Below are positions 24,868-34,829 of a stretch of DNA of 64,000 nucleotides, piece by piece. The position numbers were made by a program, and so were the translations under genes. The notes below the pieces were generated by a model. It saw only the letters and a list, made by a program, of their open reading frames with translations, was not told the DNA's origin and did not search any database. Source of the stretch: Verrucomicrobiota bacterium (GTDB lineage Bacteria; Verrucomicrobiota; Verrucomicrobiia; Chthoniobacterales; Chthoniobacteraceae). Positions within the stretch are counted from its first letter, which is position 1, and each line of letters begins with the position of its first letter. Location: contig JBAWZW010000001.1 in assembly GCA_037142835.1 (NCBI GenBank), forward strand, positions 4,592-68,591. The letters are read 5' to 3'.

Positions 24868-25725
24868 TTAATCAAGGGTGACGGGATCGTCCTTACTGAG
24901 CAAGGCACCAAGTTCAGTCAAATCCGCAGGAGCGAGAGAAATCCCCCCGTTGGTTGGCTTGGCATTGGGAGCGTCCTTGGCATTCTCGTCTGGATCAGGA
25001 TAGAGGGTACACCCTGTCAGCGTAGTTTCGATCCAAAATTTCGCATCCCAGTATGACTTATCCGTAAAAGTAACCCGATGACCGGCGACCAAAGCAACTT
25101 TGTCCCGGACCTTCCCAACTTGCTTTTGGTGCGGAATAGCGGGGTGACCTCCCTTGTTCATGGAGTTCGTCCAAGCGTGAATCGGGTACTGCTTAAAAAA
25201 CCGACCTTGGTTATAAAGAGTCACGAGTTCCTTTTTCCGATTAATCTTCACGGAAAAATCCGCCGGAGAAATCGCCAGTCTTTGTCCCGTTCTCAGCATA
25301 ATCTGATGCAAATTGTTTGCCCTCATCAGCAACTCGGGGGTCACCTTAAGTTTGGCCGCAACTCGGGTCAGGACATCACCAGGACGAACCACATAAACCG
25401 CTTTTTCCGGCGCCGAACGACTAGAGAGAAATATCTCAATATTAATTTTGCCTAATTGTTCTTTCGCGTCATCGACTTTACTGGAATCAGGATACCTCCC
25501 GACAAAGTCGGCCAACGCAATTCGTGACTCTAAAAAATTGCCTAACTGCAGGACCGATTGCACCCTCGCGTATTCGATCAGGGTCGGATCGGGTGGAGGT
25601 GGGGGAGGCAGTTGTGACTTCTCATGTTGCAACGCGAGTTTCGGGCGAACAAACATCTCATAAGTGAAATAGCTTCCCGTACCAAGAATCGCCAGCGCGA
25701 GCACAATAAGAAAAAGAACTTTCAC
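24868..25725 (-). CDS. Membrane-anchored TPR-like + LysM + YkuD-like protein lacking catalytic His/Cys
   Basis: N-terminal TM, poly-Pro linker, LysM (YVVRPGDVLTRVA...NNL) and YkuD-like VKINRKKELVTLY...NGGISL. Confidence 0.75.
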   Translation of the reverse strand: MKVLFLIVLALAILGTGSYFTYEMFVRPKLALQHEKSQLPPPPPPDPTLIEYARVQSVLQLGNFLESRIALADFVGRYPDSSKVDDAKEQLGKINIEIFLSSRSAPEKAVYVVRPGDVLTRVAAKLKVTPELLMRANNLHQIMLRTGQRLAISPADFSVKINRKKELVTLYNQGRFFKQYPIHAWTNSMNKGGHPAIPHQKQVGKVRDKVALVAGHRVTFTDKSYWDAKFWIETTLTGCTLYPDPDENAKDAPNAKPTNGGISLAPADLTELGALLSKDDPVTLD

Positions 25726-25806
25726 TGCTCCACAAGATTGCTGGTCAATGAGATGCGAAAATGTACCAGGGGTGGATTCATCAAAGATGCTGAATTTTCA
25801 ATGGAT

Positions 25807-26331
25807 TCAAAGCAGTCCGCGACTTTTAAAATCTCCAAAATTCCCTCCCGAGGAGTCCTCGATCAGATCTGCGGCAAATTTTAAAAGACAGATCTCCCAA
25901 CCCTCATCAACTCCTTGAATAATCGCACTGAGAGGATCCTCTTCGCGATCGACCTCCTCACGCAATCGTCCAAGAACCGAGGTAATCGATCCTTGATGCA
26001 CTTGGTCTGAAATGTCGGTCTTCGAAAACCGAAATCCATACTTCAGCGCCACCAGTTGAGGAGCATACAGTTTTATCCAATCAGCAAACCCCCCTGCAGA
26101 TTCGCTAAACCCTTCCAAAAGAAGTTTCTGAAGATGACCAGGCGTGATCAATTGCGGCCGAACTGCATGCATATGACCCGTGCGAACTCGCACTTGATCC
26201 ACCCGATCCATCAACTCAGATACTAGATAGAATCGAAATCGCGTGTCTCCAAAAGTCGCAATCTTCCCCCGAGGCGCTACAACCACTTCAGTGCTGTCGA
26301 TCGCATATTGGATCGTGTCCTCGTTAAACAT
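25807..26331 (-). CDS. Hypothetical protein
   Basis: 174-aa ORF fills the gap between tsf and the LysM gene with protein-like composition; no motif recognised. Confidence 0.75.
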   Translation of the reverse strand: MFNEDTIQYAIDSTEVVVAPRGKIATFGDTRFRFYLVSELMDRVDQVRVRTGHMHAVRPQLITPGHLQKLLLEGFSESAGGFADWIKLYAPQLVALKYGFRFSKTDISDQVHQGSITSVLGRLREEVDREEDPLSAIIQGVDEGWEICLLKFAADLIEDSSGGNFGDFKSRGLL

Positions 26332-26469
26332 CTGTCGGGAAACTTAACCGTAGATCAGACCTAATCAATGAAACTTTTGTCACGACTCTCCACTCCCCAA
26401 GCCAAATCGACTAATGTGATCTGGCAAAAACCCTTGAGACTAACCCCATTGAATTTTGAGGAAGAAAAA

Positions 26470-27321
26470 TCAGTCGACAATTTCTTCTCCGACCATGTAA
26501 CGGATAAATCGTCGGACAACCAGCGTATCTCCCAGCTCTTTGCTTTTCGTGGCCACCAACTGGGCAATCGTCTGATCGGGGTTCTTGATAAATGCTTGGT
26601 CAATCAGACAAGCCCCGCTGTAAAACTTATTCATTTTTCCCTCGATGATCGCCTCAACCATTTGCTCGGTCTTTCCCGGAGGAACCTGGTCGCGGTAGAT
26701 AGCCCGCTCACGCGCCGCCAGCGCGGAAGGAACTTGAGTTCGATCCACACACACAGGATTTGCCGCCGCAATTTGAAGGGTAATGTCCCGAAGCAACTGC
26801 TTGAACTCTTCGCTTGTGGCTGTCGCATCTTTTTCCGCGCCAACTTCTACTAAAACCCCCACCTTTCCTCCCGTGTGGATATAAGCCGCCAAGGATCCGT
26901 TTCCCGTCACCTCAATCCTTGCACTTCGACGAATTCGCACATTCTCCCCGATTTTCTGGACGGCCGCCACGCGGTCGCTTTCAAATTCAGCGCCAGGCTC
27001 TTCAGCAATTTTTTTGGCAATCTCGTCAGTGAAACTTTTAAAGAGGTCATTCTTTGCCACAAAATCCGTTTCGCAATTGACTTCCACAATGACTCCGACC
27101 TTTGAACCAGAAAGGATTGCTTGGGCGATTACGCCATCCTTCGCCTCGCGGTCCGCTTTTTTCGCGGCACTCGCCACGCCCTTTTTCCGGAGAACATCCA
27201 CCGCGGCCTCAAGGTCTCCATTCGTTTCGATAAGGGCACGTTTACATTCCATTAAACCAGCATTGGTTTTTTCGCGAAGGGTTTTGACAGTTTGGGCGTC
27301 GATCAGATTTGCAGAGCTCAT
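26470..27321 (-). CDS. tsf: Elongation factor Ts
   Basis: VKTLREKTNAGLMECK, EVNCETDFVA, YIH and RRFIRY. Confidence 0.97.
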   Translation of the reverse strand: MSSANLIDAQTVKTLREKTNAGLMECKRALIETNGDLEAAVDVLRKKGVASAAKKADREAKDGVIAQAILSGSKVGVIVEVNCETDFVAKNDLFKSFTDEIAKKIAEEPGAEFESDRVAAVQKIGENVRIRRSARIEVTGNGSLAAYIHTGGKVGVLVEVGAEKDATATSEEFKQLLRDITLQIAAANPVCVDRTQVPSALAARERAIYRDQVPPGKTEQMVEAIIEGKMNKFYSGACLIDQAFIKNPDQTIAQLVATKSKELGDTLVVRRFIRYMVGEEIVD

Positions 27322-27355
27322 AGTTAGTTAAAAGAGGGTTGTTTAGAAAAACGAA

Positions 27356-27382
27356 GAGACGAGAGCTCTTGGCCCTCGTCTC
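27356..27382 (-). terminator. Hairpin between rpsB and tsf (terminator/attenuator-like)
   Basis: GAGACGAG...CTCGTCTC inverted repeat followed on the - strand by TTCGTTTTT. Confidence 0.6.
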
Positions 27383-27408
27383 TCCGGAAAGGATTTTTCG
27401 AGGTTAAA

Positions 27409-28134
27409 TTATTCAGAGACAGCCGCAAGGGCTTCTTGATCTTTTTTGCTTCGGCCCGTGTTGGTCTTCACGATAGCGTCCACAAGTTTTTGCAGAACAA
27501 TCCGGATGGCACGAATAGCGTCATCGTTACCCGCGATCGGGTACTTGATCAGATCGGGATTAGCGTTGGTATCCACAATCGCGACCACTGGAATGTTGAG
27601 ACGATTGGCCTCAGCGACCGCGATCCCTTCGCGCATTGTATCGATGATCACAATGGCGTCTGGATATTTTTCCATGTCGCGAATGCCTTCGAGGTTGCGC
27701 TTAAGCTTTTCACCCTCGCGCTTCACCGCCGAAATTTCTTGTTTGCCCATTTTTGAGTACTCGGGCTTTTTTTCCAAGTCCTCGATGTACTTCATCCGAG
27801 CAATGCTTTTACGAATCGTTGCCAGATTGGTCAAAGTTCCTCCCAACCAACGCTGGTTCACATAAAACTGCCCGCAAGCGAGGGCCGCTTCCTTGATCGC
27901 TTCTTGGGCCTGCTTTTTACATCCCACAAAAAGCACTTTCCCCCGACGACTCGCCACATCGCTAAGAAACTTTTCTGCTTCCTCGAGTTGCTCGACAGTC
28001 TTGCCGAGGTTAATGATGTAAATGGCGTTGCGCTCCTCGAAAATGAAGGGTTTCATTTTGGGGTTCCATCGCTTGGTTTGGTGACCAAAGTGGACCCCAG
28101 CCTCAAGAAGTTCCGTCATCAGTTCAGTAGACAT
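27409..28134 (-). CDS. rpsB: 30S ribosomal protein S2
   Basis: LLEAGVHFGHQTKRWNPKM, RWLGGTLTN and IAGNDDAIR. Confidence 0.98.
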   Translation of the reverse strand: MSTELMTELLEAGVHFGHQTKRWNPKMKPFIFEERNAIYIINLGKTVEQLEEAEKFLSDVASRRGKVLFVGCKKQAQEAIKEAALACGQFYVNQRWLGGTLTNLATIRKSIARMKYIEDLEKKPEYSKMGKQEISAVKREGEKLKRNLEGIRDMEKYPDAIVIIDTMREGIAVAEANRLNIPVVAIVDTNANPDLIKYPIAGNDDAIRAIRIVLQKLVDAIVKTNTGRSKKDQEALAAVSE

Positions 28135-28285
28135 AAATTAAGTGCTAAATTTTAGGTGCGTAAGTGTTGCTGTCGAAAATGGGCAGAAGGTGTAATCGAA
28201 TTCACTGGAGAACACAAAGGGAATCTTTAAAAAAATTCCCAAACCAGGATTGGCAAAGCAGATCGACGCCGGGCGCGCAGCGATT

Positions 28286-28753
28286 TCAAAGGCGGAGATT
28301 GGCGAGGTCAGGATCGTGCAAAGCAAGTCCGCGCAACTTCTTATCGATAGAAATGCCCCGCTCAAGGTGCAGTCGAGCGACTTCAGTATGGCCAAGAACG
28401 CACTCGTAACAGGCGAGGTTATAGTGGAAAGAGGATTCCGTGTGGAGCGACTCGGGCCCATGGATCAAGGTGTCTCGAGCTTCTTCAGTTCGCTGAAGTT
28501 CATGCAGACAGAAGGCGGCGTGAATAAACCCCACGGGCTTCTGAGGAAAGGCACCAGAAATCTCTTGACTCAACTGGAGCGCAACCTCCCAGCGCTTCGC
28601 TTGAATGAGGATCATCACTCGCATTTCCAGAGCCGCGAGGCTTCCGCGAGGCTCTGTTGGAAGATTATCAAATTCAGCAAGCGCGTCGTCATACATCCCA
28701 AGCTCAGAATACCCTTGGATGGTCGTAAAAATTCGCCCGTAGCTTTCGATCAT
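28286..28753 (-). CDS. Small TPR protein
   Basis: GYSELGMYDDAL, IHAAFCLHEL and YNLACYEC TPR-like helices; 4-nt overlap with the pepF stop. Confidence 0.8.
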   Translation of the reverse strand: MIESYGRIFTTIQGYSELGMYDDALAEFDNLPTEPRGSLAALEMRVMILIQAKRWEVALQLSQEISGAFPQKPVGFIHAAFCLHELQRTEEARDTLIHGPESLHTESSFHYNLACYECVLGHTEVARLHLERGISIDKKLRGLALHDPDLANLRL

Positions 28754-30579
28754 TCGCTGAGCAGTTCTTCCAACTCGCTCACGCGCTGACTGAAAAGATC
28801 TAGGGCGGAAGCAATTGGATCCGAAGTTGACATATCTACCCCAGCGGCCACGAGGGTTGGCAGCGGCATCTCAACGCCACCAGAGCGAAGGAAGTTCAAA
28901 TAGCGATCGACGCTTCCTCCAGCCAAAACCTTCTGCGATAACGCGACAGCCGCACTAATTCCCGTGGCATACTTATAGACGTAAAATCCTCGATAAAAAT
29001 GCGGGATCCGAAGGCACTCCAACTCGAGTTCCCGATCGATGACAAACTCGGGACCGAAGTACGCATCAAGCAATCCACGGTAGGTGGACCGAAAGCTTTC
29101 TAAAGTAAGAGGCTCCCCAGCCTCCTCCATCGCATGGACGATTTTTTCAAACTCCGCGAACATCGTCTGGCGGTAGAGCGTCCCGCGAAGATCGTCGATT
29201 TGACGATTCACCAAATAAGCGCGCATCCGCCGGTCGGTTGTCGCCTCAAGAAGATGATGGGTTAAGAGCTCTTCATTGAATGTGCTCGCCACCTCCGCAA
29301 GAAAAATCGGGTAGTGATGATCTTGGTAAGACTGCGTGCGCTGAGCATACCAAGTGTGCATCGAATGTCCCGCCTCGTGGGCCAGCGTGTAGACATCAGA
29401 GAAAACATCCCGCTGATAGTTCATTAAAATGAAGGGAGGATTGCCATAGCTTGAGGAACTAAATGCCCCACTCCGCTTCCCCTTGTTTTCGTAGCGATCA
29501 CACCAACGTCCGCGGAGACCACCCTCCAAGGTCGACACATATTCTTCACCCAGTGGCTGCAGGGCCGCAAGCACTTGGTCACAAGCGGCATCCCAAGAAA
29601 GATCGGTCGCCACCTTATCCACAATCGGGACATAAGTGTCGAACTGATGAATCTCATTTAGTCCAAGCAGACGACGGCGCAACCCGTAGTAGCGGTGGAG
29701 GGCCGGGAGATGTTCACGAACAGTTTTTATGAGATTATCGTAAACGCAAACTGGGATATCATCGGCAAAAAGAGCGGCCTCGCGAGCACTGGAATAGTTC
29801 CGAGCACGAGCATAAAAAACATCCGCCTTGACTGAGTTTGCCAAGGTCGATGCGAGCGTAAATTTATGAGCATCGAACTCCGCATAGAATGTTTGAAATG
29901 CGCGCTCCCGAACGGTCGGATCACGCCTCACCAGAAAAGACGAATAACTGCTTTGGCTAAGCTCTCGCACCTCTCCGTTTTCATCCGTGAGCTTGCCAAA
30001 GACCAAGTCGACATCGGTGAGCTGCGAAAAAGTTTCCCCATGCCCGCGGAGAGCACTTGATCCGAGGGCGAGCAACCTCTCCTCGTTTGCCGTCAAAGTA
30101 TGCGACCGAAAGCGCCGTTGCTTTCGCAAGGTGACCCACCACTCCGCAAGATGCACATCCTGGAGAAGTGCCGCGAAAGTCAGGTCGTCGATCGCTTGAA
30201 TTTCAGGCCCCACAAAAGCGGTCGCCTCACCAATGCGAGTCAGAAGATTTTCCAACTGGGCCTCGCGGGCGAGGTGCTCGGCGTTCGCACTATCACCGGA
30301 GGTGAGCAGGCTGGCATAATGCCCGAGTCGCTCAATTCGCAAACTCAGATCCCGATCCAATTCCAAAACCGCCCGCAAAGTGGCCGCCGATTCGCCAACC
30401 CTCCCCCTCCACTGAGAGATAGATAAGTAATCAACCTGAACTTTTTCATAGCTAACCAGCCAATCATTTGGAGTAAGAAAGAGCTGGGTAAGATCCCATG
30501 TATCGCTGGTCTGAACTTGATCGCGACTCGGAATCACCCCCGATCCCCCTTCATCTTTGTCAAAAAATTTTGCCTTCAT
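28750..30579 (-). CDS. pepF: Oligoendopeptidase F (M3B)
   Basis: WDLTQLF, GKRSGAFS, LAHEAGHSMH, AEVAS and YVYKYATG. Start set at MKAKF. Confidence 0.93.
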   Translation of the reverse strand: MKAKFFDKDEGGSGVIPSRDQVQTSDTWDLTQLFLTPNDWLVSYEKVQVDYLSISQWRGRVGESAATLRAVLELDRDLSLRIERLGHYASLLTSGDSANAEHLAREAQLENLLTRIGEATAFVGPEIQAIDDLTFAALLQDVHLAEWWVTLRKQRRFRSHTLTANEERLLALGSSALRGHGETFSQLTDVDLVFGKLTDENGEVRELSQSSYSSFLVRRDPTVRERAFQTFYAEFDAHKFTLASTLANSVKADVFYARARNYSSAREAALFADDIPVCVYDNLIKTVREHLPALHRYYGLRRRLLGLNEIHQFDTYVPIVDKVATDLSWDAACDQVLAALQPLGEEYVSTLEGGLRGRWCDRYENKGKRSGAFSSSSYGNPPFILMNYQRDVFSDVYTLAHEAGHSMHTWYAQRTQSYQDHHYPIFLAEVASTFNEELLTHHLLEATTDRRMRAYLVNRQIDDLRGTLYRQTMFAEFEKIVHAMEEAGEPLTLESFRSTYRGLLDAYFGPEFVIDRELELECLRIPHFYRGFYVYKYATGISAAVALSQKVLAGGSVDRYLNFLRSGGVEMPLPTLVAAGVDMSTSDPIASALDLFSQRVSELEELLSE

Positions 30580-30580
30580 T

Positions 30581-31021
30581 TTAGTGAGAATGGCCATCCG
30601 AATCCACCGATCCATCCTCAACATCAACCGTTCGGACCCGCTTTGCCATCCGCGTTTCCTCCACTTGCGTCCGAAGTAAATCACCCAACTTGAGACTTTT
30701 CGGAACGCTTTCAATGATCACCGAAGGCGTCACGCTATCCGTGGTAATGAGATGAATATTTTCCAACCCAAACAATCGGAGGCTCACCGGCTGAGTGACT
30801 TGCAAGTCTCTCACTCGGTAGAGCTCAAGTGAGTCCTTTGTTTTACTCAAAATACCCCGCTCCGTAATCAGCCGCTCAGTCGTCAGCTCAAACACCGTCG
30901 ATTTTACCTCTAACCACCGGTAAACCGCCCAAGGAATCGGCACGACAAGGATGCACGAAACAAATGGCCATAAATTTTTAAACTGCGATGAAGTACCGCG
31001 CCAGAGGGTTTGTTCAGACAT
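30581..31021 (-). CDS. bPH_2 (bacterial PH) domain membrane protein
   Basis: Short TM hairpin followed by FELTTERLITERGILSK...LELYRVRDL. Confidence 0.8.
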   Translation of the reverse strand: MSEQTLWRGTSSQFKNLWPFVSCILVVPIPWAVYRWLEVKSTVFELTTERLITERGILSKTKDSLELYRVRDLQVTQPVSLRLFGLENIHLITTDSVTPSVIIESVPKSLKLGDLLRTQVEETRMAKRVRTVDVEDGSVDSDGHSH

Positions 31022-31177
31022 AAACAAACACATAGTCAGGCTCTGGCCTCGGTGCAAGAGGTAGAGACAGCAACGCGGAACTTTTCAATGCAATGCCCAT
31101 AGCAAATCTCTTCGGAGATTTCGAGTCGGCGAAAAAAGCAAACTCACCCAAACAACCTTACTCACTAAATCTCAGCA

Positions 31178-32278
31178 CTAGTCTTGATGCCCTTTATCGT
31201 AAACCTTTAAAGCGACCATACAATCGAGTGCTCGCTGCAGAGCAACGTCCCTCAAGGGAGCTTTTGGTCTTTCCCGCTTCGTTTTCTGGGCAAGCTGGAG
31301 TGCGTCAAGTTCTGGATTGGTTCCCGCAACCAGCGACGCTTCATTCATTCGCGGCCGCTCAATATCGACAACCCACTCACTGACCCCATTTCCCATTTCC
31401 TTCTCGAGCAACTCCATCGTTAATTCCCGCGAAACATCCACCAGAATATCTGGCTTAATCCCCTGAGGAAAGATCCACAACTTTTCGGACAAGCAGACTT
31501 CCGCAACAGCCAAACGGAGAAATTTACCGCCGATCAACGGGAGATCATTAAACTCAGCGATTTGGCCTTGCGTTAAACTTCCAATGATCATCGCCTTCGC
31601 ATGAGTCCGAAGAACAGAGGCGATGATCTCGGAACTCCCGGCGTTGCTACCATCAACCAGAAGCGCGAGAATTCCTCGGTAACTTGGGTCGGCGATTGTG
31701 GAAAATATCTGGTCTTTTTGATTCAATCTTTTAATCGAAAAAAGGTCTAAGCCCTTCGGGCAGAAACGCTGACAAATATTGGCTACAGACGCGAAGTCCA
31801 TTCCTGGTGGAGTTGCCCGAAGATCCAGAACCAAGGACTCAATCTTCTTTGCCTGAAAATCAACTAAGGCAAGATCGAGTGAACCGAGATTCGTCGGATT
31901 GATCGAACCCAGTCGCACATAGCCAATGCGATTAGTGAGCACTTCGGCACGAAATGGCCTCAAGTCCCCAGCGGGGGTTGGCAATTCCTTGATAATCTCA
32001 GCCCCAGAAGCCAGCCGATGAACGATCCCCTGTATCAAGGCCCGCTTCAATTCAATGTCCGAGAGCGCTGCTGGCTTTTGGTAGTTTTCTTTCAGCAAAC
32101 GAAGCATCTGATCTAGCTCAGCCTCGGAAAGCGAATCCACCGAATCTCGTCCGCTCCCCGGCGCTGAAACTTTAGCACCAATCGGCAAGTCTGCCCGTAA
32201 AGCCGCAACCTCGGCGAAGGCTCCATCAAAGCCCGTCAACAAGAGAACGCCCCACGCCAAAACCACCAAAAATTTCAT
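31178..32278 (-). CDS. Exported S41 (CtpA/Prc)-like protein with degenerate active site
   Basis: Signal peptide, IGYVRL, LVLDLR, LLVDGSNAGSSEII, GIKPDI and DVALQRA. Confidence 0.8.
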   Translation of the reverse strand: MKFLVVLAWGVLLLTGFDGAFAEVAALRADLPIGAKVSAPGSGRDSVDSLSEAELDQMLRLLKENYQKPAALSDIELKRALIQGIVHRLASGAEIIKELPTPAGDLRPFRAEVLTNRIGYVRLGSINPTNLGSLDLALVDFQAKKIESLVLDLRATPPGMDFASVANICQRFCPKGLDLFSIKRLNQKDQIFSTIADPSYRGILALLVDGSNAGSSEIIASVLRTHAKAMIIGSLTQGQIAEFNDLPLIGGKFLRLAVAEVCLSEKLWIFPQGIKPDILVDVSRELTMELLEKEMGNGVSEWVVDIERPRMNEASLVAGTNPELDALQLAQKTKRERPKAPLRDVALQRALDCMVALKVYDKGHQD

Positions 32279-33561
32279 AAAGTGGAACGAGCATAGTCTC
32301 TCCCATCAGTCGCCGCAATGTCTCGCCGACAATGCCGACCTTCAAATTCAATCAAATCGACAGCCTCGTAAGCCTTACTCCTCGCCTCGAAGAGATCGGG
32401 GGCCGTTGCCATTACCCCTAGAACCCGGCCCCCAGCGGTGACAATTTGATCGCCGTCTCGGCGCGTACCTGCATGAAAAACCGTGGCGCCGACAGGCACT
32501 TCGTTAAGTCCAGTAATGACCAGGCCAGAGGTATACTTTTCCGGATAACCGCCAGAAGCAAGAATCACACAGACCGCGACATCCGGCTTCCATTGAGGCC
32601 GAGTATCCGCGAGCCGCCGATCAATCGTTGCCTCAAGCAATTCCAGAAGATCCCCATCTAATCGAGCGAGGAGAACTTGGGTTTCTGGATCACCAAAACG
32701 ACAATTAAATTCCAGTACTTTAGGCCCGTCAGCGGTGACCATCAGCCCAGGAAAAAGCATCCCCCGATAATCAATGTTGTCTTTTGCAAGACCGTCAATG
32801 AAGGGCTGAAGAATTTCCCGATGAATTCGTGACTCCATCGCTGGGGTAACGAGACCGGAGACTGGACTAAACGTGCCCATTCCCCCGGTATTCAGACCTA
32901 GGTTGCCATCCAGCGCCCGCTTGTGATCTTGGGCACTCGGCCAAAGTTGATAGTTTTTCCCATCGACGAGAGCGTGAATGGAGCACTCTTCTCCACTGAG
33001 AAATTCCTCAATGAGCAGTCTCTTCCCAGCCTCACCAAACTTGCGGGCATCCATTATTTCGTGGATGGCCAAAGCCGCCTCCCAAGGATTTTGAGCGATG
33101 ATCACACCCTTCCCTAAGGCAAGTCCGTCAGCCTTAATGACCAACGGATAAGTTTTTCCACGACAAAAGCTTTGGGCCTCAATACTTTCAGAAAAGCTTC
33201 CTGAATGAGCCGTAGGAATTCCATGCCTTTCCATGAACTCTTTGGCAAAAATCTTCGATGATTCGAGGCGAGCCGCACTTTGGGTGGGGCCAAAAATCTT
33301 CTGCCCATCTGCCTGAAAAAGATCGACGATGCCAGCCGCGAGCGCCTCATCGGGACCAACAATGGTCAGATCAATTTGCTCCTCTTGAACAAATTGCAGA
33401 AGAGCCGCGTGGTCGCTGACGAGAAGAGGAACGATCGTCGCTAAATCAGCGATCCCCGCATTGCCAGGAGCACAAAAAATACTTTGAACGCGGGGCGACT
33501 GCCTGAGCTTCCAGACAATGGCATGCTCACGACCACCGCTACCAAGAACGAGAATTTTCAT
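32275..33561 (-). CDS. purD: Phosphoribosylamine-glycine ligase
   Basis: MKILVLGSGGREHA, KADGLALGKGV, NTGGMG and EFNCRFGDPETQ. Confidence 0.97.
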   Translation of the reverse strand: MKILVLGSGGREHAIVWKLRQSPRVQSIFCAPGNAGIADLATIVPLLVSDHAALLQFVQEEQIDLTIVGPDEALAAGIVDLFQADGQKIFGPTQSAARLESSKIFAKEFMERHGIPTAHSGSFSESIEAQSFCRGKTYPLVIKADGLALGKGVIIAQNPWEAALAIHEIMDARKFGEAGKRLLIEEFLSGEECSIHALVDGKNYQLWPSAQDHKRALDGNLGLNTGGMGTFSPVSGLVTPAMESRIHREILQPFIDGLAKDNIDYRGMLFPGLMVTADGPKVLEFNCRFGDPETQVLLARLDGDLLELLEATIDRRLADTRPQWKPDVAVCVILASGGYPEKYTSGLVITGLNEVPVGATVFHAGTRRDGDQIVTAGGRVLGVMATAPDLFEARSKAYEAVDLIEFEGRHCRRDIAATDGRDYARSTL

Positions 33562-33623
33562 CGATTAACAATAGGAAAGAACTAGAGGAGAAAGCAAACG
33601 CAAGTCGCTAGACACGAGAAGGA

Positions 33624-34379
33624 TTACTGAATTTGAAGGGTGATCGGGCAGTGGTCCGATCCAGTGATCAGCGGGAGAATCCCCGCACTGACGATCCGCG
33701 GACGAAGTGCCGATGAGCACAGAAAATAATCGATCCGCCACCCAATATTGCGGGCCCTCGCTCCCCCCATATGGCTCCACCAACTGTAATGCCCTCCACC
33801 ACTTTCAAACTCCCGGAAAGAGTCGATCAGGCCAATCTGGAGGAACGCATCAAACCCCGCTCGCTCCTCGAGAGTAAATCCGTGCGTTTTGGCATTTTCT
33901 TTGGGACGCGCTAGATCCAAGGCGGTGTGCGCCACATTCAAATCTCCGCAACAAATCACCGGCTTAATCGTGCCGAGTCGCTGAATGTATGCACAAAAAT
34001 CGATGTCCCACTGTTGCCGATAAGGGAGACGAGCGAGTTCACGCTGAGAGTTGGGCACATAGACATTAATCAGGAAAAAGTCCTCATATTCGGCGGTAAT
34101 AACCCGTCCTTCTCGGTCGTGTTGCACAACACCGATTCCGAGAGTCACCGAGAGAGGTTGAGTTCGGCTGAAGATGGCCGTTCCTGCATAACCTTTTTTC
34201 TCCGCGGAGTTCCAGAAGGCAAAGTAATCGGCAAGTTCCGGAGGAATTGCCACGTCCTCCGCCGTAGCTTTCGTTTCTTGAAAACAAACGATGTCCGGAG
34301 CCTCGGTGATGATGAATTCAGGAAGTCCCTTTTTCAAAGCCGCACGGATACCATTGACATTCCAAGAGATCAGTTTCAT
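33624..34379 (-). CDS. xth: Exodeoxyribonuclease III / AP endonuclease
   Basis: SWNVNGIRA, QETK, YVPN, GDLNVAH, GWRIDY and SDHCP. Confidence 0.96.
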   Translation of the reverse strand: MKLISWNVNGIRAALKKGLPEFIITEAPDIVCFQETKATAEDVAIPPELADYFAFWNSAEKKGYAGTAIFSRTQPLSVTLGIGVVQHDREGRVITAEYEDFFLINVYVPNSQRELARLPYRQQWDIDFCAYIQRLGTIKPVICCGDLNVAHTALDLARPKENAKTHGFTLEERAGFDAFLQIGLIDSFREFESGGGHYSWWSHMGGARARNIGWRIDYFLCSSALRPRIVSAGILPLITGSDHCPITLQIQ

Positions 34380-34445
34380 ACGACTTAAACAAAGCCCAAA
34401 AGTCCGCTCGAATGCAAGGCCCGAGACCCGCCGGCAAGCAAATGC

Positions 34446-34709
34446 TTACCGCGCCTGACTATCGCCGTCCGCCACGATCGAAAGATAACAAAACTCCAAG
34501 TGAAGGCGCCGCTGAAGCTGCACGATCTGAGCTTCCAAAAGTGGAATGTTTGTTTCTTCATCAGCCGATTGAACCTCCATCCCTTTGCTTTCAATTGCCC
34601 TGATCAGAAAATCGATAGTGGAGTAAAAAAGTTCGCGGGCCATTTTTCTATTTGGGAGCAGGTTGTGTTCCCTTTCTTCGGCTTGATTTGTCTTTGCCGA
34701 CTTGGGCAA
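34446..34709 (-). CDS. Possible small hypothetical protein
   Basis: 87-aa ORF fills an otherwise empty gap and has amphipathic-helix-like sequence; no motif recognised. Confidence 0.4.
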   Translation of the reverse strand: MPKSAKTNQAEEREHNLLPNRKMARELFYSTIDFLIRAIESKGMEVQSADEETNIPLLEAQIVQLQRRLHLEFCYLSIVADGDSQAR

Positions 34710-34791
34710 CGACTATCCGCACAACCTCTCCCAAAACCCAACGAACCCAACCCGTAAACAGCCTAATTCGTCAGCCAATCCCGCTGGGACG

Positions 34792-34819
34792 TTGACATCC
34801 CCCGCCCGCCTCTTAGGTT
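34792..34819 (+). promoter_or_regulatory. Sigma70-like promoter
   Basis: TTGACA-N16-TAGGTT shortly upstream of ATG 34830. Confidence 0.45.
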
Positions 34820-34829
34820 CGCACGCCTT

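Noticed and set aside
29711-29722. TGTTC-AC-GAACA inside pepF as a second LexA box
   Set aside because: The spacer is 2 nt rather than 4 and the site is mid-CDS.
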